Shown: piece by piece, positions 17,785 to 26,557 of the stretch
Layout of the letters: the number at the start of each line of letters is the position of its first letter
Position numbering within the stretch: position 1 is the first letter of the stretch
Assembly (NCBI GenBank): GCA_963820435.1
Contig: CAWGAC010000018.1
Location: 257,544-321,543, forward strand
From: an uncultured Spirochaetota bacterium
Lineage (GTDB): Bacteria; Spirochaetota; Spirochaetia; SZUA-6; Fen-1364
Length of the DNA stretch: 64,000 nucleotides
Direction: 5' to 3'
Notes under the pieces: model-generated
Told to the model about the DNA's origin: nothing
Seen by the model: the letters and a program-made list of their open reading frames with translations, nothing else
Database searches by the model: none
Made by a program: the position numbers and the translations under genes

Positions 17785-18474
17785 GCGTGCACCGCCTCCG
17801 CGTTGAAACGGTAGCCCATGCCGTGCACGGTCTCGATGAACACGGGGGAGGCCGGATCCTTCTCGATCTTCTTGCGCAGCCTCTGGATATAGACGGCGAC
17901 GGCGGTGATGTCGCCGTACTGGTTCCGCCAGACCTCGGCGTAGATCGTGTCCGGCGTCATGGCCTTGCCCGGGTGCGTGGCGAGGCACGCGAGGACTTCG
18001 AACTCCTTGGAGGAGAGCGGCACCTTCTCCCCTCCCTTCTTCAGCAGGTACCCGTCGATGTCCAGGGTGAAATCCCCGAACTTCACGCTGTTGGGACTGG
18101 ACTTCAGGTCCGTGGAGCGGCGCAGCATGGCGCGCACCCGGGCCGCCAGCACCTTGGGGGAGAACGGCTTCGTGACGAACTCGTCCGCGCCGATCCCCAG
18201 GCCGAGAATCATGTCCTCGTCCGCGTCACGGGCGGAAACGATCATGACCGGGCACGGCGCTGTTCTTGCGGAGCCGCTGGAGGAACTCGAATCCGTCGAT
18301 CCCCGGGAGGTTGATGTCGAGGACGACCAGGTCATACCGCTCCCGCCCGAACTGCGCCAGACCCTCCTCCCCCGTCTCGCAGATGTGGGCGTCCATGCCC
18401 TCCTTCTGCAGATAGAGGCGGATCAGGTCCGCCATCTCCTTCACGTCTTCAATAATCAGTATTTTCGCCTGCAC
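17781..18474 (-). CDS. OmpR/PhoB-family response regulator, frame broken once near 18245
   Basis: The REC domain is KILIIEDVKEMADLI..DLVVLDINLPGIDGFEF. After the break it continues VMIVSARDADEDMILGLGIGADEFVTKPF. The winged helix is ..VYIQRLRKKIE..ETVHGMGYRF. Confidence 0.9.
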
Positions 18475-18509
18475 GCATCTTCCCCCTGGCGTCGCCTCCC
18501 CTGCCGGAA

Positions 18510-19112
18510 TCAGCCGCCCAGTTCCTGCCGACTCTGCAGAACCTTGATGAAAGCGTCAAGCTGTCTCTGCCGTCTCTGCAAGGGCGTCATCTGCGTTCCG
18601 CTGTTTTCACCGCCCCCCTGGAACTGCCGGTTTTGCCCGCTCCCCTCGCCCCCGCTTCCTGCCGCGTTCGCCGCGGCCTGCTGCCGATAGCGCTGGATGA
18701 GATCCTGCATTGCCTTGCGGAACTGCTCGTACTCCGCTTTCTGGGCCGCGGTCAGGATGCCGTCCACGTCCGCCCGCACCTGCGTCGCCTTGGAGGGCGT
18801 CGGGAGGGGGCTCTCCCTCAACGCGGTGAGAATCGGCAGGAGCTTCGCGATCTGGTCTTTGGTGAGAAAGAGCGCGGGATCCCGGGTGAACTGAAGCTGC
18901 TGCCTTTGCCCCCCCGCGGCCGCGCTCCGCCCGCCGTACATTCCCTGCGTTGCTTCCGGAGGGAGATAAAGTGAGAGCTGGCCTATAAGGCTCGGAACGT
19001 TGAATCCCTGGACGGCATTCGTTCCCCCCTGTGAGGACGACTGCGCCCAGGCGCCGAGGCCCCCGGCCAGAAGTCCCGCAAGAGCAATGAAGACTATCCT
19101 TCGTTTTGTCAT
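18510..19112 (-). CDS. periplasmic LTXXQ-motif protein (Spy/CpxP/ZraP-like)
   Basis: It has a signal peptide (MTKRRIVFIALAGLLAGGLGAWAQ) and two LTXXQ motifs (FLTKDQIAKL and ILTAAQKAEY) in a helical, Gln-rich protein. It lies directly upstream of the two-component system. Confidence 0.65.
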   Translation of the reverse strand: MTKRRIVFIALAGLLAGGLGAWAQSSSQGGTNAVQGFNVPSLIGQLSLYLPPEATQGMYGGRSAAAGGQRQQLQFTRDPALFLTKDQIAKLLPILTALRESPLPTPSKATQVRADVDGILTAAQKAEYEQFRKAMQDLIQRYRQQAAANAAGSGGEGSGQNRQFQGGGENSGTQMTPLQRRQRQLDAFIKVLQSRQELGG

Positions 19113-19125
19113 TTATCGGTGCCTC

Positions 19126-21120
19126 CTACTCGAAATGCAAAGCCTGAATGGGATCCATGCGCGACGCCTTACGCGCGGGATAGATCCCGAAAAACAGCCC
19201 TACCGCGATCGAGAAGCCGATCGCCAGTCCCACGGTTCCCACGGTGAGAGACACCGTCATGTTGCCGAACTCGCTGATGAGGTTTGCCGCAAGGGCGCCC
19301 ATCGCCCATCCGAGGAGACCGCCCAGCCCGGAGAGGATCATGGCCTCGATGAGGAATTGCGCCATGATGTCCCGCCGGCGCGCGCCGAGGGCTTTTCGGA
19401 TGCCGATTTCCCGGGTCCTCTCAGTGACGGACACGAGCATGATGTTCATGATGCCGATCCCGCCGACAAGGAGACTGATGCCGGCAATGCTGCCGAGCAT
19501 CAGCGTCATGATCGCCGAGACCCCCTGCACGGTCTGCAGCACGTCCTGCTGGCTCACGATGGAGAAATCGTCCGCCGCCCCGTCCTGGATCTTGTGCCTG
19601 TCGTGAAGCAGGGAGGCGATGTCCGACTTGGCCGCGGCGATCTGATCCTTGTCCACGACGCTGATGCCGATGCTCCGCACGTCCTTCTGATGGCGAAACC
19701 GCGCGTACACGGCGGTGAGCGGGACGATAATCGTGTCGTCCTGGCTGAAGAACCCGCCGCCGGCGCCTTTTTTCTGCAGCACGCCGATCACGCGGAAACT
19801 CACGTTGTTGATCTTCACCGACTTGCCCACCGGGTCTTCGTCCGCGAACAGGTTGGTGACCACGTCCTGCCCGAGCACCGCGACGGTGCGGCTGGCGCGG
19901 TAGTCTTCCTGGGTGAAAAAAGCCCCCTCGTCCAGCGGCCAGTTGCGGACGTCGACATAGTCCGTGCTTGTCCCCACGATCGAGGTGTTCCAGTTGTTTT
20001 TCTTGTACGTCACCTGCTGCCGGGTCGTCGCCTCGGGCTCGACTCCCACGAGGCCCTGCACGCCCGCCCGTATGGCGTTTGCGTCGTCGATGGTGAGGGT
20101 CGAAACCGATCCGAAGCCCTGGCGCACCCCTCCGACATTCGCGCTCCCGGGCGTGACGGTGAGGAAATTGCTCCCCAGCCCCTGTATCTGCTTCTGCACG
20201 CCCGCCGTTGCCCCCTGGCCGACCGAGACCATTGCAATCACCGCGCCGACGCCGATGAGGATTCCGAGAATCGTGAGGACGGCCCGCATCTTGTTCTGCA
20301 AGAGCGATCGGGCGGCCGATCGGACGTTCTCCCACAGCTCCGCGGGGGTGAGGAAACCGTGGCGTTCCTGACCGCCGCGTGTCGCGGCCGCCCTGATCTT
20401 CTGCACGTCGATCCCGGCGCCGTTCATCCCTTTGGGTTTCGCCACCGCCTCGTCGCTTATGATGACACCGTCCTTGAATTTCACCATCCTCCGGGCGTAG
20501 GCGGCCACGCTTTCTTCGTGGGTCACCATGAGGATGGTGATCCCCGCTTTGTTCAGGCTGAGGAAAATGTCCATGATCTCGTCGCTCATCCTGCTGTCGA
20601 GATTTCCCGTTGGTTCGTCGGCAAGGATGATGGAGGGAGCATTCACGAGCGCCCGCGCGATTGCCACGCGCTGCTGCTCGCCGCCGGAGAGCTCATTGGG
20701 GCTGTGGCTGCCGCGGCGGGGCATACCGACGGCCTCCAGCAGGGCGTGTGCCGGCTTGTCCCTCCTCCGCTCTCCCGTGTAGATAAGGGGGAGCTCGATG
20801 TTGCGCTCCGCGCTCGTGCGGGAAAGAAGATTGAAGCCCTGGAATACGAATCCGATGGACCTGCTGCGCACGCCGGCGAGCTGGTCGTCCGACATGGTGG
20901 ACACATCGGTTCCGTCCAGCACGTACGTGCCCGTGGTCGGGTGATCGAGGCAGCCCAGCAGGTTGAGGAAGGTCGATTTGCCCGAGCCCGAGGGCCCCAT
21001 GACCGCCACAAACTCGCCCGGTTGCAGCGCGAACGACACGCCTTTCAGCGCGTGTACTTCCACGGTCCCCGTGTCGTACGTCTTGGTGAGGTTCTCCGTA
21101 ATGATGAGGGGGCGTCCCAT
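19126..21120 (-). CDS. macB: MacB-type ABC efflux pump (fused ATPase + FtsX-like permease), intact
   Basis: Walker A GPSGSGKST, signature LSGGEQQRVAIARA, then an MacB periplasmic domain and a 4-TM FtsX permease. 664 aa. Confidence 0.9.
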   Translation of the reverse strand: MGRPLIITENLTKTYDTGTVEVHALKGVSFALQPGEFVAVMGPSGSGKSTFLNLLGCLDHPTTGTYVLDGTDVSTMSDDQLAGVRSRSIGFVFQGFNLLSRTSAERNIELPLIYTGERRRDKPAHALLEAVGMPRRGSHSPNELSGGEQQRVAIARALVNAPSIILADEPTGNLDSRMSDEIMDIFLSLNKAGITILMVTHEESVAAYARRMVKFKDGVIISDEAVAKPKGMNGAGIDVQKIRAAATRGGQERHGFLTPAELWENVRSAARSLLQNKMRAVLTILGILIGVGAVIAMVSVGQGATAGVQKQIQGLGSNFLTVTPGSANVGGVRQGFGSVSTLTIDDANAIRAGVQGLVGVEPEATTRQQVTYKKNNWNTSIVGTSTDYVDVRNWPLDEGAFFTQEDYRASRTVAVLGQDVVTNLFADEDPVGKSVKINNVSFRVIGVLQKKGAGGGFFSQDDTIIVPLTAVYARFRHQKDVRSIGISVVDKDQIAAAKSDIASLLHDRHKIQDGAADDFSIVSQQDVLQTVQGVSAIMTLMLGSIAGISLLVGGIGIMNIMLVSVTERTREIGIRKALGARRRDIMAQFLIEAMILSGLGGLLGWAMGALAANLISEFGNMTVSLTVGTVGLAIGFSIAVGLFFGIYPARKASRMDPIQALHFE

Positions 21121-21137
21121 TCTTCCCTCTTTTCTCT

Positions 21138-22433
21138 CTACCGAAGCACCCGGAAAACCTGTCCCATGCCGCCGGGTCCGCTTTGCTGCGTCGTGCGCGT
21201 GGAAGTCTTGCGCTGCACGACGACCTCCTGGCCTTCATCCAGGCCCGCGACGATCTGGGTCCTGGTCCCGTCGGTGGCGCCGCTCTGCACGTCCCAGGAA
21301 ATCAGCTGCCCGCCGTCCATGATGGTCACCTGGGGTGAGCCGTTGTTCGACTTGATGGCCGACGCGGGCAGGGTGAGAACGTTCTTCAATGAGAGCACCG
21401 AGATTTCGGCGTCCGCGTTCATCCCCCAGAGGATCTTTCCGTCGTGGTTGGGCACTTCTATGGTCGTGCTGAACACGGACACATTGTTCACCACCTGGGC
21501 GTGCTGGTCGATCTGCGTGACCTTGCCGGCAAACTGCAGATCAGGATAGCTGGAAGGGGTCACGGCGGCCGATTGGCCGACTCTGACCTGGGACATGTCA
21601 TTCTCATTGACCTGCGCCTGAAGCCACATTGGATCGGGATTCACCACGGTGGCGACGGCCGTGCTCGGGCTCACCAGGTCCCCGACATTGACCAGGACCT
21701 CGGCCACCATGCCCGCCATGGGAGACCGGATGACCGCCGAATCGAGTATGAGCTTCGCCATCTGCATGTCGTAATCAGCCTGCGCCACGACGGCTTCCTG
21801 GGCGCTGATCACGTCTTCCTGAGACTGCGCCTTCGTGTTCTGGTAAGAGAGCTGGGACGCGTCGTAGGTGGCTTTCGCGGAAGCGAGCTGACGCTCCGCA
21901 TCGGAAAGCTGGTTCTTCGAGGCCAGCCCCTTCTCTGCAAGCGTCTTCATGTTGTCGTAGTTTTCCTGCTGGGTGGCGACGGTGACCTGCGCCTGGGTGA
22001 GGGCCGCCTGTGCCGCCGCAAGATCCATGTCCGCCGGCTTGGCCTTCAGATTGTCCAGCTTCACCTTTGCCGACTGGAGGTTCGCCACGTCGCTCTTCAG
22101 GGTCAGGTCCAGACCCGTGGATTCGATTTCCGCCAGGGGCTGCCCGGCGCGCACGCGCTGGCCTTCGACCACGTCGATCTTCACGATCTTGCGCGTCGGC
22201 ATGTTGGAATCGGGGCGTATCGTCACGATCGTGTTCGGCTGAAACTGCCCGGAGGCGGCAACGGACGCGTTGAGGTCCCCGCGCGTCACCTTGACCACGC
22301 TGATGCTCACCGGGTCTTTCGATGCCGCCGGGTCGGCCGCGGGAAAGATTTTCCCGCGGAACAGGAAGAGCCCCATCCCTGCCGCCACAACGGCCACTGC
22401 AATGATGATTCCCGCTTTCGATGCGCGCTTCAC
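21138..22433 (-). CDS. macA: MacA/HlyD-family periplasmic adaptor, intact
   Basis: N-terminal anchor, a long coiled-coil hairpin (..DLAAAQAALTQAQVTVATQQENYDN..) and beta-barrel domains. It lies 17 nt upstream of macB. Confidence 0.85.
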   Translation of the reverse strand: MKRASKAGIIIAVAVVAAGMGLFLFRGKIFPAADPAASKDPVSISVVKVTRGDLNASVAASGQFQPNTIVTIRPDSNMPTRKIVKIDVVEGQRVRAGQPLAEIESTGLDLTLKSDVANLQSAKVKLDNLKAKPADMDLAAAQAALTQAQVTVATQQENYDNMKTLAEKGLASKNQLSDAERQLASAKATYDASQLSYQNTKAQSQEDVISAQEAVVAQADYDMQMAKLILDSAVIRSPMAGMVAEVLVNVGDLVSPSTAVATVVNPDPMWLQAQVNENDMSQVRVGQSAAVTPSSYPDLQFAGKVTQIDQHAQVVNNVSVFSTTIEVPNHDGKILWGMNADAEISVLSLKNVLTLPASAIKSNNGSPQVTIMDGGQLISWDVQSGATDGTRTQIVAGLDEGQEVVVQRKTSTRTTQQSGPGGMGQVFRVLR

Positions 22434-22476
22434 GTTCTCATCTCCCTGAACCCACGTCTTGATCCTCCTTGGATCC

Positions 22477-23889
22477 CTATTCTCCCATTGTATTCTGCAG
22501 GGCGAGCACCCCGAGCTGGGCGTCGCTGCGGGCCTTCCCCTCGTTCACCCGGGCCGTGGTCAGCGCCACCGAGGCGGTGAGCACGTCGAGGTTCGAGTTG
22601 ACGCCGGAGTCGTACTGGAGGCTCGCCAGATCGTACTGGCTCTGCGCAAGGTCAAGGCTTTCCTGGGCAAGCTCCACCCTGCCGATCAGGTCACGCAGAC
22701 TGTAGAGGGCGTTTTTCACGTCCGTGGCGATGCTCGAGGCAAGCTGCTGCTGCTGCAGGGTGTACGAGTCCTTCTGCATTGCCGCCTGCCTGACTTGAGC
22801 GTCGATGGAACCCGCGTCATAGATCGGGGCTGCCACGTTCACGCCCGCGTTCCAGCTGAAGACATCCGTGCTCCGCGACCAATCGTGCGTGTAGGTGAGG
22901 CCGCTGCTCGCCTTCACAGTCGGCGTCGCCTTGCCTTTGTTGAGCGCCAGGTCGATGTCCGTCGACGCCTGGCTCAGCATGAGCTGCCGCATGTCGGAAC
23001 GCTGGGCAAGCGCGCGCGCAACGGCCGCGGCCACGTCAAGACTGGGAAGCGGGAGGTCCCCGACCTCAGCCACCTGGTACACCCTGTCCAGAGGCCATCC
23101 GGCCAGGGCGGAGAGCTTTTCGCGGTCGACCTCGAGGGTCCCCTGGGCAAGCCGCAGGTCCAGCTCCGCCTGCTTCTGGTTGACCTGGGCCTGCTTGATG
23201 TCGATCTGGCTTGCGCTGTGCGCGTCGAAGAGAGCCTGGGTTTTTATGCTCTCCTGCTGTCTCTGGGCCAGGGTGCCCTGATAGATCTCGAACTGGCGCT
23301 GCGCGGCGAGCAGCGTATAGTACGCCTGCTTCACCTGGTAGATGATGGTGTTGCGATTGGCATCTTCCGAGGATTGCGTTCCCTGAAGAGAGAGAGCGGC
23401 TTTACGGGTTGCGGCAAGATTGCTGCCGCCCGGGTAGCCGTCCCAGAGGGTCGCGCTTGCGGAAACCGAGAGAGCCGATGTCTGAGCAGGAGTGGCTTCC
23501 TCCGTGAGCGTGTGACCGGCCGTGACGTTCAGGCTTGTCGACAGCGGGGCGCTGAGGGACAATCCTGCCTGCCCCGTGTCCTGGGCAAAGGCTGACTGGC
23601 CCAAGGCCAGGAGGCGCGTATCGTAGGGCGCGCCCTGGTGGGTCGCGGAAGCGGTGCCGGTCAAGCCCAGAGAGTTCGCCGCTGCCGCCTGCGTGTATTG
23701 GGCCTGCGCGATTGCCACGGTTGCCCTGGAAATGAGGATACCCGGGCCGCTCGTGAGCGCCTGGTCGACCATCTGGGAGAGGGTGACCACGAGGGTGGGA
23801 TCCGCAGCCTGTGCATGGGCGACGAAAGAAACGAATGCGAGAACAGTGATTGCCATCCGCAGTCCCGGCGCCCCGCGCTTGATTTGCAT
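22477..23889 (-). CDS. tolC: TolC-family outer-membrane channel, intact
   Basis: The ATG at 23889 gives MQIKRGAPGLRMAITVLAFVSFVAHAQA (signal peptide). The duplicated TolC repeat structure is present. The upstream part of the 562-aa ORF is not protein-like. Confidence 0.85.
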   Translation of the reverse strand: MQIKRGAPGLRMAITVLAFVSFVAHAQAADPTLVVTLSQMVDQALTSGPGILISRATVAIAQAQYTQAAAANSLGLTGTASATHQGAPYDTRLLALGQSAFAQDTGQAGLSLSAPLSTSLNVTAGHTLTEEATPAQTSALSVSASATLWDGYPGGSNLAATRKAALSLQGTQSSEDANRNTIIYQVKQAYYTLLAAQRQFEIYQGTLAQRQQESIKTQALFDAHSASQIDIKQAQVNQKQAELDLRLAQGTLEVDREKLSALAGWPLDRVYQVAEVGDLPLPSLDVAAAVARALAQRSDMRQLMLSQASTDIDLALNKGKATPTVKASSGLTYTHDWSRSTDVFSWNAGVNVAAPIYDAGSIDAQVRQAAMQKDSYTLQQQQLASSIATDVKNALYSLRDLIGRVELAQESLDLAQSQYDLASLQYDSGVNSNLDVLTASVALTTARVNEGKARSDAQLGVLALQNTMGE

Positions 23890-23957
23890 ATGCCAAGGGT
23901 ACATGCCGGAGGCCGTCGAACGCCATAGACGCAGCGTGAACGCTCGATAAAAATCTG

Positions 23958-25346
23958 TTATCTGGAGGAAGGGTGCCGCTCCCAGGATTTCACGACAGGG
24001 TGCATGAGGGCCGGACCCGGGTCCGACGGGTCGAGCGTTCTTCCCACCTCCGCGTAGGCGGCAATCCGGCGCTCCAGCGGGAGGTCTGCCAGGGGATTGT
24101 CGGAGCGGAACAGGCCATAGCGCTCTTCGCAGTCGGCCAGCCGCTCGTGGGCAATCAGGGCCCACGTCGCGTCGATGAGGTGGGAGAATTCGGGGAGGAG
24201 GAGCTCGGGGCAGTTGAACGACTGCCGCGGGCTGTTGATGTCCACGCCGCTGATCTCCATGAACCCGTGCTGCGCGCAGAGCGCGCGCACGCGGCGCAGC
24301 TGTTCCAGCGTGTTGCGCGGAGGCATGTACGCGATGGCGCGGAAGCCCAACCGCCGGGCCTCCCCCATCAGCTCGTCCAGATACCCGTCCTCAAAACGTT
24401 CGGCCTTCTTGTCCCCGGTCGGGGAATCAGTGACGTCGCCCAGGTAGGCGTAGCAGGGGATTGCGCCGATTTCTTCCGCGAAGCGCACCGCGCGCAGGAC
24501 CGGGATGCATTCTTCGTCGTCCGGCTGGATGAAAGCCTTTTCCATGAAGGAGCTTTTCAATACGCCGAGCAGGTCGAACAGGAGCGATTCATTGGAGGGA
24601 TCAACCAGGTATTCGACGATCCGGGCGGGAGGGACGATGCCGAGGGCGGTGCGCAGGAAGGCTGCAATCGGCTCACCGCGGCCTGCCTTTTCCACGATCT
24701 TTTGCGCAACGGCAAGGAGAATATGCCGCTCGGTGATGGTCCCTCCCTCCTCGGCGCACGAGACGGCACGCACGTCTTTTTGCCAGTCCAGCCGAGGAAG
24801 GCCATAGCCGGGCAGGAGGGCGTTCAGCCGCTCCACCATGCGCCGCTCCCTCAGTTCCCGCGAGGCCTGGATGGGCCGCAGGAATGCGCGCACGGCGGGC
24901 ACGCTGCGCGCGGGCACCCCGTGCATCATCATGTACAGCACGCCCACTGAATCCGGGTTGTTGATCTTCCTCCCCTCGAGCCGCGTGCCTGCGGCGCTGA
25001 CACGCAGCTCCACGCCGGCGGTGGTGGCAATGCCGAGGATCCTCCCCGCCTCGCGCATCTCGGCGGCCCCCGCAATCGAGTCATGGTCCATGATGCCTAC
25101 GGCGGCGAGCCCCGCGGCCCTGGCGCGCTCCGCGGCCGCGGACGGGGAATAGGGACTGAAGGAGTAGATCGTGTGCACGTGGCAGTTGACTTCCCGGCCC
25201 ACTGGGTGTCCAGGCGAACCGCCGCGCGATGCGGAATCCGCCGAGTACGCGAGTACGCGTTCCGCGCGAACGCGGTACGTCGATGCGAGCTGACGCAGCG
25301 CGTCAAGACGGTCGCGCGCGGTGGGGGCATTCAAGGGATCGGACAT
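23958..25346 (-). CDS. PHP-domain phosphoesterase (start uncertain)
   Basis: The PHP motifs are VNCHVHTIYSFSPYSP..AVGIMDHDSIAG.. The annotated N-terminal ~55 codons contain a REP-like element (25246-25278), so the true start may be further downstream. Confidence 0.75.
   Translation of the reverse strand: MSDPLNAPTARDRLDALRQLASTYRVRAERVLAYSADSASRGGSPGHPVGREVNCHVHTIYSFSPYSPSAAAERARAAGLAAVGIMDHDSIAGAAEMREAGRILGIATTAGVELRVSAAGTRLEGRKINNPDSVGVLYMMMHGVPARSVPAVRAFLRPIQASRELRERRMVERLNALLPGYGLPRLDWQKDVRAVSCAEEGGTITERHILLAVAQKIVEKAGRGEPIAAFLRTALGIVPPARIVEYLVDPSNESLLFDLLGVLKSSFMEKAFIQPDDEECIPVLRAVRFAEEIGAIPCYAYLGDVTDSPTGDKKAERFEDGYLDELMGEARRLGFRAIAYMPPRNTLEQLRRVRALCAQHGFMEISGVDINSPRQSFNCPELLLPEFSHLIDATWALIAHERLADCEERYGLFRSDNPLADLPLERRIAAYAEVGRTLDPSDPGPALMHPVVKSWERHPSSR
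25246..25278. repeat. REP-like palindromic element (33-mer identical to 26465-26497)
   Basis: tacgcgagtacgcgttccgcgcgaacgcggtac, with arms GTACGCGTTC / GAACGCGGTAC forming a hairpin. Confidence 0.85.
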
Positions 25347-25439
25347 GGGCGGATTCTGCCGCGCGTGCAAGGCACTGTCAACGCGGGAGCACGGCGGGCG
25401 GATGACTCGGGCGCCGCGGTACTCCGCGGATTCGGCGTC

Positions 25440-26399
25440 TCATCCGGGAACGCGAAGGACCCGACGGAAGCGCTCATGGAGCTGCTGACCGTCGATCCCC
25501 AGAGGGCTGCTGATGATCCCCCCTGCCATGTCCGCATGGCCGCCGCCGAAGCCGATGCCCTGGAGAGCCTCCTGCACCACCCGGGAAGCGTTCCATTCCT
25601 CCCGCTCGCTGCGCACCGATACGTTGATCACGCCGTCGTTGCGCGCGCAGAGCACGACGAACTCGGCCTCTTCCAGGGTGATGAAGAAATCCCCGAGGAT
25701 GCCGAGCAGATTCTGGTTGCAGCCCTCGGGAAACCAGCAGAAGGCGACCCTGTCGCGGACCTGCACGTTGGCCAGCGCATGGCGGTAGAACTCGAGGTCC
25801 CTGGTCTGGATGGAGTTGCGAAGGATCGAGTTTTCCAGCCGTACATCCGACCGCGCGTAGAGGTCCGCGTAGGCCTGGATGTCCTCCCTGCTCACCTGCC
25901 GGGTGAGAAGGGCCGTGTCCATGTTGATGCCGATCATGAGCGCCGTGGCGACCTCTCGCGGGATCTCCACATGCTCTTCCCGGAAGTAGCCGTAGATCAA
26001 AGTGGCGCAGGCGCCCAGGCCGGGTCGGATGTCGACGAACGGCACATTGTCGGGAGTCTTCACGTCGTGATGGTCGATCACGGCGATCTCGTCCCCGGGC
26101 AGGTCCGTGACGTTCTTGCTCCCCTTGCACCCGTCCACGATCACGATGGGGTCGCGAGGGTTTATTTCAATGCCCGCGGCCTGCTCGACATCGATTCCGA
26201 GGTCACGGATCATCCGGCGCAGCGAATCCCTCAACAATTCTCCCCCGAACACGATGCGGGAAGACACTCCGGCACTCTTCAACAGCACCTGCAGCCCGAA
26301 GGCCGTGGCGACTGCATCGCAATCCGGAAAATCGTGCGTCTGCACGTAGACCGGACGCCGCGCGCCGATGACATTCAACAGCTCCCCCAGTTTTCCCAT
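25440..26399 (-). CDS. DHH/DHHA1-family phosphoesterase (NrnA-like)
   Basis: Motifs HDFPDCDAV, VIDHHD and GFGGGHADMAGG. SD ggagg lies before the ATG at 26399 (MGKLGELL..). Confidence 0.85.
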   Translation of the reverse strand: MGKLGELLNVIGARRPVYVQTHDFPDCDAVATAFGLQVLLKSAGVSSRIVFGGELLRDSLRRMIRDLGIDVEQAAGIEINPRDPIVIVDGCKGSKNVTDLPGDEIAVIDHHDVKTPDNVPFVDIRPGLGACATLIYGYFREEHVEIPREVATALMIGINMDTALLTRQVSREDIQAYADLYARSDVRLENSILRNSIQTRDLEFYRHALANVQVRDRVAFCWFPEGCNQNLLGILGDFFITLEEAEFVVLCARNDGVINVSVRSEREEWNASRVVQEALQGIGFGGGHADMAGGIISSPLGIDGQQLHERFRRVLRVPG

Positions 26400-26426
26400 C
26401 ACCTCCAGATTATATTGCCGGGGCAC

Positions 26427-26505
26427 GAATGTCACGGGGTACCGTGACCGCGAATGTCACGGGGTACGCGAGTACGCGTTCCGCGCGAACGCGGTACCGC
26501 GGCCG
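26427..26505. repeat. composite REP-like element
   Basis: gaatgtcacggggtac occurs twice. It contains the hairpin CACGG-GGTA-CCGTG and the 33-mer tacgcgagtacgcgttccgcgcgaacgcggtac. Confidence 0.85.
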
Positions 26506-26510
26506 TCGGT

Positions 26511-26539
26511 TTGACAGCCCCCTGCCGCCCGTCTACAAT
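26511..26539 (+). promoter_or_regulatory. sigma-70-type promoter candidate (TTGACA-17 nt-TACAAT)
   Basis: ttgaca at 26511-26516 and tacaat at 26534-26539, with the ATG 19 nt downstream of the -10. Confidence 0.5.
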
Positions 26540-26557
26540 CCCTACCCGGGGGCAGAC

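Noticed and set aside
19000-21549. Long antisense ORFs opposite real genes: 849 aa here, and also 47252..49303, 31288..32583, 62580..63881, 39862..40995, 21444..22580, 22459..23595, 25083..26447, 23973..24950 and 29272..29940
   Set aside because: These are typical stop-codon-poor mirror frames of GC-rich coding DNA. Their translations are Arg/Gly/His/Pro-rich with no recognisable motifs, while the opposite strand encodes textbook proteins.
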